A stretch of 64,000 bases of DNA from Octopus sinensis. Lineage: Eukaryota. The DNA lies in contig NC_043005.1 in assembly GCF_006345805.1 (NCBI RefSeq), positions 77,996,001 through 78,060,000 of the forward strand, written 5' to 3'. The position numbers and the translations under genes were made by a program. Within the stretch, counting starts at the first letter, position 1. Each line of letters opens with the position of its first letter. This document shows, one piece after another, positions 53,344-64,000 of this stretch. A model generated the notes under the pieces. That model searched no databases. It saw only the letters and a list, made by a program, of their open reading frames with translations, and was not told the DNA's origin.

Positions 53344-53743
53344 AAACAGTTATTTCATATCAATTTTATTATCTACGCTCTCGATTATTCGTTATCAATT
53401 TTTCTGAAACTCTGCTGTAAAAGAGCATCTTTTTCATAAGAAGTCACTTATATAACTTATATATCGTGATGTAAAAATATAGACTTGTCAGAAAATAACA
53501 CAAAAAATGTAACCCTGACTTGCAATTTTTACTTGATTAAATTTTCTCACGAACTTATTTCCCCAGAGTAACATCAGTTATTTTATTATCTTATTTTCGT
53601 CTATTGATAGTAAATTCGAATTCAATAAATCTTGAATGAAAATAGCTTACCGGCTCACCAGGTTTTGACATATATACACACACACACAGAGACAAACACA
53701 CACGCACACACACATAATATTTGTACATATACTCACACATTTA

Positions 53744-53793
<50 letters not shown>

Positions 53794-53846
53794 ACAGACG
53801 CACACACGCGCACACACACATGTATAAACATACATACGTATACATG

Positions 53847-53884
<38 letters not shown>

Positions 53885-54073
53885 ACCATACACATACATA
53901 TACACATGCATACATAAATACATACATTCATATATATAGACTGAGATATACATACGTACACATACATATGCATGCATTTATATACATGTATATATATACA
54001 TGCACAAACATACCAAGGCATACACACATATATACACACATACATAAATACATATATTTGTATATATATATGT

Positions 54074-54120
<47 letters not shown>

Positions 54121-54755
54121 TATACACATAAACATACACATACATACGCACATACATTCATACATACAAACATACACATAAACTTACACACAAATATGCA
54201 TACATACATATATGCATACGTACCTGTAAATATTTGACTTAACGTATTTATTGAGATACACAGAGAGACATAGACTCATACACACACACGCGCATACACA
54301 CATACATATATATGTACATGTATAATTATGTGTTCATGTGGAAGTTCATGTATGTGTATGTGTGTGCGCGCGCATTTGTATGTGTGTGTGTGTTTGTGTC
54401 TCTGTGTATACAGGGACATTTCATAAATATAATCACAATACTGCTGTCATGTGAGGCATTAAAGATGAAAATAAAATTAATTCTTAATTAAAGTATAACA
54501 TAATGAAATTTAATGACGATGGCCGAAACGTAGAGAAACTAGTAAATAAATAAAGTCATGTCACACACGTTTATGGTGTGTTCGTGTGTGTGTATGTGTA
54601 TCAGTGTGTAATTGAATGTATGTATGTGTGGGGGAATGAGTTTGTGCGTGCGTCTGTATATTTTCATGTGTGTGGATGCTCTGCACGCAGGTGTTCAACC
54701 TTATCCAATTTCTGTAAATATAAATATAAATATAAATATAAATAAAAATAAATAA

Positions 54756-54809
<54 letters not shown>

Positions 54810-54916
54810 TATAGATATATATAGATATATATATATTTACATATGAAAAATGAGAATTAGAAAATGGAGATATTGAAGTTAATAAGAGTATATTATCAGC
54901 AAAAGATCGATCATCA

Positions 54917-55000
54917 TTCCTTACAGCTGTTTCAATTAAGCTCAGTGAATTTAAATAAATATAAAAATCATATTTCCGAGCATAATCTCTTCAGAAGGAG
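54917..55000 (-). ncRNA. Type I hammerhead ribozyme-like motif, extended helix II
   Basis: CUGAAGA 54994-88; helix II gattatgctcgg/ctgagcttaatt (11 of 12 paired); GAAAC 54933-29; AC-agct-GU; GUA; short helix I. Confidence 0.65.
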
Positions 55001-55098
55001 AGAAAATGCAGCCATAGCTATTTTGTGTGTTTGTTTGTAGAATCATCACGGCAGACTGAATAATAATGTTTAGACGAGGGGGTTTGTTGTGGGTAAGA

Positions 55099-55376
55099 TA
55101 TCACCGTGATCACCGTGACCGACCAGACTATCAGATGTTGATACACAATGCTTCGCATTGTTTTAGCCTTCAAATGACGCCACCCCGCTGGCTAAGCGAG
55201 CAGGCCGACAGAAGAAAGAGTGAGAGAAAGTTGTGGCGAAAGAGTACAGCAGGGATCGCCACCACCCCTTGCCGGAGACTCGTGAAGCTTTAGGTGTTTT
55301 TGGTCAATAAACACTCATAACGCCCGATCTGGGAATCGAAATCGCGATCCTCACCACTGTGCCATTTCGCCTCCAC
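55099..55376 (-). mobile_element. SINE family H copy with 9-bp TSD
   Basis: Homologous to 27572-27882; gggtaagat at 55091-99 and 55378-86. Confidence 0.85.
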
Positions 55377-56159
55377 GGGGTAAGATGTAGCATGTAAGTA
55401 TAATTAGAGTAATAAAGAGTAACTACACATAGATTAAAGAGTAAATTACAATGTAAATAAAGTACAATATGAGCGGGTGAGGAAATAAATTGAATGTATA
55501 GTTGAGAAAATTTATCTATATATAAATACACGCATACATGTTAACGCACGATCGTACATTGATCTGTTAATTTAGGTGGCTCTCCGTCGGTTACGACGAC
55601 GAGGGTTCCAGTTGATCCGATCAACGGAACAGTCTTCTCGTGAAATTAACGCGCAATTAACGTGAAATTAACTTGTTCCCTCCGCCAAAATTGTTGTCCT
55701 TCTGCCAAAATTTGAAATCAATATTTCTTTACAGATAAAGGGCGACGGGTTGCACGCCGGTTTAAATGCTTAGCGGCATTTCGCCTGTCTTTACGTTCTG
55801 AGTTCAAATTCCACTGAGATCCGACTCCTCCATTGATCCCTTTGATGTCGAAAAAATAAGTGCCATTTGAGTCCTGGAGTCAATCTAATCGACTTAGCCC
55901 TCTCCCCCAAATTTACTGTCTTGTGGCAAAATTTCAAACCAATATTTCTTACAAATAACATTGATTCTTTTTAGATGTAGTAACAATAATTTTGGTGATC
56001 GTCTGTTTACTTCAGAGTGTGAGTTGGTGACTGGAGAGTTGTTACACAATTGTTCCTGTATGTTTTTAGGATGCGTTTAACCATTTAAGAGTTCGAATTT
56101 AAGACGGAGATTGACGCTGCATGCATTTTTAGTTGTTATGCTTTGTCAAGCGTAGACCG

Positions 56160-56706
56160 ACGGAGAGAAGGACAAAGGGAGAAATATAATGAAGCAGAGA
56201 GAGAGAGGGGGGGAGAAAGAAAGAGAGAGAGGGAGGGAGAGAGGGAAAGTGAGGGAAAGAGAGAGAGAAAGAATGTGTGTGATCGTGTGTGTGTGTTTGA
56301 GATGGAGAGAAATAAGTTTTGAGAGTGAGGAAAAAAGATGGAAAGTGAAAGAAAGAGAAAAATAAGCAGTCAGGTGAAGAGTAATATATTAGAGAGTGAT
56401 GGAGAGAGATAGATAGGGAGAGAGAGGGGAGGAGGAGAGAGGGGGAGAAAGATAAAGGGAGAAAGGGGGAGGAGGAGAGAGATAGAGTGAGAGGAGAATG
56501 AGAGGAATAAAGAGCAAGTGTGAGAGGGGGAGGAAGAAGAGAGAGAGAGAGTGAGAGTGAGGGAGAGAATGAGAGAGTGGGAGAGAGAGCAAGTGTGAGA
56601 GAGATATGCAGATAAATACATAAAGACAGAAAAACAGAAAGGGAGAGAAAGGTGCAGAGAACAAAGAGAGGGGTAGAGAACTATAAACAGACAGTAATTC
56701 AGTGTA

Positions 56707-56744
<38 letters not shown>

Positions 56745-56856
56745 AAGAGCAGATAAATGCATTGAGAAACAGAAAGAGAGAGAGGGGAAAGAGAAAGAGA
56801 AGAGAAGGTGGAGCAGCGAAAGGTGAACAGTGAGGCGAAAATAGATATATATGAGA

Positions 56857-56893
<37 letters not shown>

Positions 56894-56902
56894 TGAGTGA
56901 GG

Positions 56903-56960
<58 letters not shown>
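56160..56960 (+). repeat. ~800-bp polypurine (GA-rich) tract
   Basis: Near-continuous G/A sequence with (GA)n runs. Confidence 0.9.
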
Positions 56961-56961
<1 letters not shown>

Positions 56962-57819
56962 TCAGGATTTTGGGATGTTCCTATTACGCTATCAAAGAGA
57001 CGGTTGAATGAATAAGATCTGAAAATACGATGTCATGGTTTATGGGTTCGTTTCCATTCGAAGTGTTTTATTGCATCCTTGTTCAGAGCAGATAATTCTA
57101 CAAGATTGCATTCATCTAACTGCCGTGAACAAGGTCCAGACATACTGAAGCTCTATGTTTGTTGTTATTGTTGTTGTACATCTAAGATTAGGCTTGATTG
57201 AACAGATCAGTAATAGCGGTTCCAGTCACGACAATTCCATCAATTATTTAGTCGAAGTGTACCCAGTGCCCTTCCTTATCTATCTTTTGCCTTTCACAGA
57301 CGACAGCGTGTGACTGTTATTTCTATATGGTGATTAGGTATGAAGGAAAGGCTGCCATGTCTCTCTGAATCAGTGTTTCTGAAACGAGAGTTCATATGAC
57401 CTTTAAAGGTTCATATAAGATTTTTTCTTTTGTTATCAGCAATAAATTTCGTATGTTTCTACAACACACAAAATATTTTAACAATTCTTTAATACAATCC
57501 TGAACAATATTTAAGAATACAAATACTGTAATGCTCTAAAATACGAGTTAATTCGATCCTGAAAAACACTTGTAAAGCGAAAACTCATAAACAGAAAATA
57601 AAACTCGTAAAAGCTCGTAAACCTGGGATCTCGTAAAGTGGGTTTGCATAAGGTGAAGTATTACTGTGTATTATTTTTTAAACTGTGAATTGCTATGAGG
57701 GCCCACTTGAGTAAATAGGAATCAAAGGGGCAAAACATGGTTGAGTATCCCTGATCTAAACGATATCCAGCTAAATAAAATCGGTACAGTTGTCTTAAGG
57801 TTTTAAGATGCATTTTGCG

Positions 57820-58025
57820 GGTGCTCTGGGATGCATCGTTGGTGATGTTTCTGTGGGGTTACGAGTCTTTCAACATCAGACCTCTCCACTCAAGTCCAGT
57901 TGACCCAACTGAGGTTCGTCATGTCCCAGCATGCATCTTGATAGCAGCAAACCACTGCTCTGCCTTCTCTATATCCAAACCCACCAAGTGGCCTTCTCTG
58001 CAGCTTCAGTGATGGAAACCATAGC
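57820..58025 (-). mobile_element. HERO-like LINE 3' end
   Basis: AMVSITEAAEKATWWVWI C-terminus and gtctgatgttgaaagac..catcacc..gatgcatccc 3'UTR. Confidence 0.55.
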
Positions 58026-58684
58026 TCGCCCCATAGAATGGTCACAGCTGAAACATCTTTGATCATAGATCTGCTCAGTGAGAGTTGATGCGGGGCTAAA
58101 CAACATCTTCAACTCAGTACAATAAAGGGGTGGGGTATTCTGTGTTATCGCTCCGCCCAAAAGAAATAAAATCTAAAACTCACTCAGACCAAACACTACT
58201 CTCTTAAAAGAGGAAAGCCTCATTAACTTATGTAGTCCCAGATGGATTACGTAATTAAAAAAAGAGATGGTCACAACTGGAGCGTTTTTATTCATAGCGC
58301 TATTCCATAAAAGCTAGTTTGTAGTTAAACAACCAAAACATAATAAACCAGAATGTTCACTCACAACAATGGAACTGATACGCCACCAATTAAACTGACA
58401 GAATGGTAGCGAAATCTCTTACCGGTCGCATCGTTTTGTTTTCAAAACGCAATGACACAAATAATATAATCATTGATACAAAAGGTACAAAAGATGTGGA
58501 CAGTCACGACTGGGGTTCATTTGATCATAGGTATCCTCAGGGCTGGCCCTTGGTTATTCAGCGTTAGTCTTACAAAATTCACTTGTTTTTCTCTTGAATA
58601 TAGCAAAGAGAAGCATCTCATAAGATAAGTTCAACTTGTGATGATATAATTTTGATTTACTGCTAAAACATTGAAACAATTATT

Positions 58685-59030
58685 GGAATTCAGTTCTATA
58701 TTTAAGAGATAAGGAATTATGTAGATTATTTACATTATTTACATTTGAGGGATATATGTTTCGGCTGATATACCTTCCAGCCTTCATCAAATGGCGCAGT
58801 GGTTAAGAGCGCGGGCAACTAAACCCAAGGTTCTGAGTTCGATTCCAGACAGTGACCTGAATAATAATGATAATGATAATAACAATAACAACGGCAACGT
58901 CGAAAAATACCTTAGGAATGAAAACCCAGGTTCGAAATATCCCCAAGGCACCTGATGAAGGCTGGAGGAGGGTATAACAACAAACAAGATGAGGACAAAT
59001 ATCTGCCAAATGTAAATAATGTAGATAATG
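58685..59030 (+). mobile_element. tRNA-headed SINE-like element carrying a hammerhead-like module, preceded by an inverted copy of its 3' part
   Basis: A box tggcgcagtgg 58792-802; B box gagttcgattcc 58835-46; ctgatgaaggctgg at 58952; inverted ttgatga-aggctg..cagcc-gaaac at 58790-58755. Confidence 0.7.
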
Positions 59031-59212
59031 TTAATTATTGGAATTCTTCGTTGACATTTAGGTGCAAGTGTGACTGTAATTTAGAAGAAGCATGACAAGG
59101 AATATGTCAAGCAATGAACTTTAATCTGAAACTTATTTACGCTTTCATCTGTAACTTCCCGATACGCTAGGAGTGGCCCTTTGAAAATCACTTTGCTAGG
59201 TTGTTTAATATA

Positions 59213-59681
59213 TTAGGTCATCTCATGAATAATGCGTTTTGGTTAAAGTTGACATTATTACTCGGAAACGAAACGAAATAGAAACAAAAAATTGTGCAAC
59301 GGGTGTTAAAAAAGGTGTAGAAAACGAACCTGAAAACAAAAATGTGCGGAGAGCAATGGAGTGAGAGGGGAGCGGCCTTCGGAAAATTCACAAGATTCGA
59401 TGTTTTTCTCTCATAACTTTTAGGAAAATGGGCTTTTTTAAATAGAATTTTATATAAATACCTTTCAAACGATTTAGATTACAATTACCTTTTAAACGGT
59501 ATATATTACAGATACCTAATGTGCCGCAAACCACTTATTTTTCTTCGGAAAAAGATGTGTGTGTGTGGGGGGGGGGGGAAACCGGAATTATTGGAAAATG
59601 TTTTTCTGTTTTTCGATGAAGGAATTACGGTCTTTTAGTTCACGCAATTGAAAAATCCGCATTATTTATGGGATGACCCAA
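59213..59681. mobile_element. Mariner-family MITE
   Basis: TIRs ttaggtcatctcatgaataatgcg / cgcattatttatgggatgacccaa with TA flanks; same TIR as 10722. Confidence 0.85.
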
Positions 59682-59714
59682 TACAATTCATGTAATTTCC
59701 TCGTATCTCCTTTC

Positions 59715-59934
59715 TATTTCTGTGTTACCCACAGAGAGGACAAACAAGGAGAGACAAACGGATTAAGTCGATTACATCGACCCCAGTGCGTAACTGGTAC
59801 TTAATGTATCGACCCCGAAAGGATGAAAGGCAAAGTCGACCTCGGCGGCATTTGAACTCAGAACGTAACGGCAGACGAAGTATCGCTACGCATTTCGTCC
59901 GGCGCGCTCACGTTTCTGCCAGCTCGCCGCCTTA
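59715..59934 (-). mobile_element. SINE family B monomer with TSD
   Basis: atttcctcgtatct repeated at ~59696 and ~59935. Confidence 0.85.
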
Positions 59935-60496
59935 TTTCCTCGTATCTTCTTTCTCTTTTGTGATATCGCATGCCCTAGGTGATAGGGTGTTGCGCTCACA
60001 ATCGCGAGGTCGTGGTTTCGATACCTGGACCCGTTGTTGGTGAGCTGTGTTCTTAAGCAAAACCCTTCAGCTCACGTCACTATGCGATCAGTTTTACACC
60101 TGACGCATGATACGCCATGCACCTGTTCAGGTAACGTCGATTTTATGGAGGGAGTGATTTAGTGTACAGTGCATACATTTGACCAATCTAAACAAATCCT
60201 TTGAGTAGGTCGTTCAACAAGTACGAGAGACTACCATCATATTTTTCTTCTTCAACTAAATAACTTGTAGTTAAGAAAGAAAGTGAACGTGCGTGGCCTA
60301 GTTGTTAGCGTATTGCACCTCCAAATCGCAAGGTCGGGTTTTCGAATCTCGAACCGGGAAGTCCGTTATGTTCTTGAGCAAAACACTTCATTTCTGTTGC
60401 TCCAGTTCACTCAACTGTAAATGACCAACACTGCGACGGACTGGCGCCTCGTCCAATGGGGAAATGCTGTAATCTCAGTCATATATACGTCACGTT

Positions 60497-60805
60497 GAAG
60501 GCGCGTGGCTTAGTGGTTAGCGTATTCGGCTCACGATCGTTAAGTCGCGAGTTCGATTCCCGTCAACGTGTTGTGTCCTTGAGCAAGATATTTTATTTCA
60601 CGTCGCTCCAGTTCACTCAGCGGGCAAAAATGAGTAGTATCTATATTTCAAAGGGCTATCCTTGTCACGCCGAATCTCCCAGAGAACCACGTTAAAGGTA
60701 CGCGTGTCTGTGGAGTACTCAGCCAATTGACGTTAATTTCATGAACAGGCTGTTCCGTTGATCGGTTCAACTGGATCCTATATCATCGTAAGCGACGAAG
60801 TGCCA
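60497..60805 (+). mobile_element. SINE family G, full length
   Basis: gaaggcgcgtggcttagtggttag A box, gagttcgattcc B box, gtgtccttgagcaag CORE-like; related fragments at ~5690, 44290, 46310-46750, 55560, 59960-60480, 62920. Confidence 0.85.
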
Positions 60806-61533
60806 GCATATACGTCAAGGACTTGGGAAACCTATCTTATGTGTTCTCATAACATACGTTACCCATACTCGAGGCAGTAATGTTCAGAGGCTACCTAACT
60901 AAGCAAATTATTTGTAACGTTTCTGCAACGAACAGCTAGGCTATGAAAACACCATTGTTACACCTAGGACATCGATTGGTGATTTTGAACCGGGCGACAA
61001 GTTAAGTCACCTACTCATGGCGGGGTCTGAAGTCAAAACGCTAAGAAACAGAACAAATATCGCAAGATACCCAGTCCAACGTTTTTACAGTTCTGGCAAT
61101 CTACAGCTTAGGATTATCTTTTTATTGACCCTGAGAGGTTGAGAAGCGAACTGACCTCTGCAAGATTTGAACTCAGAGTGCAGAGTTGGAACAAATACTG
61201 TGAAACATTCTGTTCCGCGCTCCAACGACTCAGCCAATTCATTGCCTTTAACGTAAAAGAACTCTAAAAATTTTTTTTAAAGCATAGCTGTAGTAGCCGT
61301 TGTTATTTAATTGCAGGTCAGCCGTGATCAAGTCGACATATGATCAAGGGTATTCCAACCGTTATAACCCCTTCTTTTACCATATATCTAAGTTACGGGA
61401 TTCACACACATACTACATTATCTAGCACAAACCTCTTAATCAATTTATTAACTTATTTTTGCTTCCAGGAGGTTGAGATTGACTTAAGAGTTTTGTGTTA
61501 GTTCTTTGTAGCAGATCAAGAGACCACGTAGAG

Positions 61534-61683
61534 CAGGTTTGGGCAACCTCTTTGGAGAAGAGGGCCGCATGAGATATGATTCATCATCAGACGAGCTGCA
61601 CTACAAACAATAGAAATTGATGGTAATTTTTCCTTAGGCGTGCACTTTAGAAAGTTCTACGGGCCGCAGTTTGCTCACGATTG
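61534..61683. mobile_element. hAT-type MITE, decayed
   Basis: caggtttgggcaacc..gggccgcatg and gggccgcagtttgctcacgattg ends. Confidence 0.55.
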
Positions 61684-62566
61684 AAGCAGAGGTTCCTTTG
61701 GTGGCGCGAGAAAAAGCAAAGCATCGCCTATTGTCGTAGTTGGTATTTGAACTCGGAATTTAGAGAGGCCAAATTTAATACCGGAAAACATTTAAGACAC
61801 CGTTTTTCGATTCTTATCTCTCCTCAGACATTGATTTCTCACGTAGCCACGAATCAGTAGGCGGGAAAATAGACCTAATTTGAATCGATCTCTGCATATC
61901 GCTGGTACTATTTTATCGATCCTGGACGAATTAATAAAAAAAGATCAATGTCAATTCCGGATGTTCAGAATGTATAAAGACAGAATTAAATACGATCACG
62001 TATTGGTTTGTCCTCTGTCTGTCTGTCTGTCTGTCTCTCTTCTCTGTTTCTCTCAATAAACCGTCTTATTACAAACACAGATAGTGTTTCAATAATTATT
62101 TATAGCCGATACAGTAGCTGTTAAGTCGACAAGCTCTTTAGTTCACATGCAATATTGGTAATTACAGAAAACAGGCAACATTCATCATTTAAATCTCGTT
62201 ATAGGAAGTGTCTGTCTCTTTTATGTTGGTAAGGACACCACAGTGAGGATTTTCTGTTTTTTTTATTCATTTGCATCATTAAACAGACATAATCTTTCTT
62301 TCCCACCCTGTCTTTCTCTCTTTCTTACATTTTCTCTTCCTCTTTGGCTTATTATTTTAAGCGCCATTTTATTTTATGGTCATTTAAAGCGTCCTTAACT
62401 AAATTAACAAAGTGCTGATTATCTAGCAAGCCAGAAAACGTAGTCAACCGTAAATCATTGTCTACTCAGCTGTGAGATCCTGTTTAGTCCTCGTTTCTTT
62501 CTTGTTTCTTTTTTTTCTTTCTTTCTTTCGTTTATTTTTTACCAGAAATTATCTCTTTCTGTCTCG

Positions 62567-62597
<31 letters not shown>

Positions 62598-62659
62598 GCA
62601 TACACACACACGCATACACACATGCACTCACACGCTCGCATCTACATACATATGTACAC

Positions 62660-62915
62660 GTAGGCATACATACATACATACATACATACATACATACATA
62701 CATACATACATACATAACATACATACATACAATACATACATACATACATACATACATACATACATACTACATACATACATACATACATACATACATACAT
62801 ACATACATACATACATACATACATACATACATACATACATACATACATACATACATACATACATACATACATACATACATACATACATACATACATACAT
62901 ACATACATACATACA
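62660..62915. repeat. (TACA)n microsatellite
   Basis: ~250-bp near-pure tetranucleotide tract. Confidence 0.97.
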
Positions 62916-63270
62916 TGACACATGGCCTAGTCGTTACGGCCGCGAGATAATGGTTTCAATTCCTGAACCGATTGATACGTTGTGTTCTTCAGCAGGAATA
63001 CTTCACCTCAAGTTGCTTCGCGATCACTTCGATACCCTGACGCTTTGTTCTTTGTATTTGTTCTTGTTATGGACATCTACGGTTGGTGTTACAACACTAG
63101 GTACACCTGGTCTCCGATACAGTGCTAGAACCTGTAGGCGCGACACAAATCTTGAACATGTTAGACCAAAGTCTTTATTCAACGTAAAACACAGATTTCC
63201 AAAGGACATAAATGAAAAAGAAATTCTAACTTCGGAACGAGTATTTGCTTTTATTCTTAGTCAAGGCGAA

Positions 63271-63715
63271 GGCGGCGAGCTGGCAGAATCGTTAGCACAC
63301 CGGGGAAACTTCTTAGCAGCATGTCGTCCGTTTTTAAAAGCGAAATAAGGCGGCGAGCTGGCAGAAACGTTAGCACGCCGGGCGAGATGCTTTGTGGTAT
63401 TTCGTCCGCCGCTGCGTTCTGAGTTCAACTCCCGCCGCGGTCGACTTTACCTTTCATCCTTTCGGGGTCGATAAATTAAGTACCAGTGACACACTGGGGT
63501 CGATGTCATCGACTTAATCTGTTTGTCTGTACTTGTTTGTCCCCTCTACCTTGTGGGTAGTAAAGAAATAGGTATTTCGTCCGTCTTTACGTTCTGAGCT
63601 CAAATTCCGTCGAGGTCGACTTTTCCTTTCATCCGTTCAGAGTCGATTAAATAAGTACCATTCCGCCGAAATCGACTTGCCTTTCACCTTTTCGGGGTCG
63701 GTTAAATAAGTACTA
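63271..63715 (+). mobile_element. Family B SINE nested in the head of another family B SINE
   Basis: Two heads (63271, 63349); degenerate 18-bp duplication at 63319-36 and 63572-89. Confidence 0.75.
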
Positions 63716-64000
63716 GTTTTTTGTGATACAAGCCGAAGATTCTGCTTGTATTGCAAAAAACGCGTCCCAGCGAATATCCACAATAGTCAACTAGTCAGAA
63801 TGCACCGATTATCGCATGTGTTTACGACTACGCAAAGAGAAGGCGAGTTTTTTTTATGGCTTTACGTACTTGTTTGTACTCATAAACATGGGCCAGTAAA
63901 TAGAAAAAAAAAATATGAAGGCGCCTGATCTTAACATATGACGTCGGTGAATGTGATCTCAACTGGAAAAAAAGTAGAGACACTACATGATTGCAGAAGC

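Noticed and set aside
54500-54545. tgacgatggccgaaacgta and similar scraps (24050-24080, 47050-47090, 50945-50975)
   Set aside because: Missing helices; indistinguishable from chance without a family consensus.
57371-57753. Possible hAT MITE with a nested Tigger-like MITE
   Set aside because: TIRs are degenerate and flanks show no TSD; left uncalled.
58791-58860. tRNA gene
   Set aside because: Has A/B boxes but no convincing acceptor stem, and continues into repeat sequence; treated as a SINE head. Same for the heads at 27882, 55376 and 60497.
4991-63348. Dozens of ORFs rich in Y/I/C/V/M/H/T (e.g. 5305-5919, 23435-24046, 53632-54237)
   Set aside because: Stop-free translations of (TA)n, (CA)n, (TACA)n and (TCTA)n microsatellites; not genes.

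Overview
AT-rich, microsatellite-saturated eukaryotic genomic DNA. The repeat families match those I associate with octopus/coleoid cephalopod genomes (inference, not verified). No intact protein-coding gene is supported; nearly all ORFs in the track are microsatellite or SINE read-throughs. The window holds several tRNA-derived SINE families, decayed LINEs (Tx1/L1-like ORF1, three R4/Dong-like pieces, CR1, RTE and HERO 3' ends), a Penelope-like GIY-YIG remnant, a full-length decayed mariner with a matching MITE, and hAT-type MITEs. Two themes stand out. (1) About ten loci with type I hammerhead-ribozyme-like motifs, several with intact cores and unusually long helix II (54-105 nt). They sit in ~500-580 bp terminally redundant or inverted units next to (TA)n, resembling retrozymes or Penelope pLTR derivatives, and one is fused to a tRNA Pol III head. 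(2) A SINE family and a Tx1/L1-like LINE share one 3' tail and repeatedly join at the same nucleotide inside the SINE head, building self-nested trains. All RNA structures were folded by eye and activity is untested.
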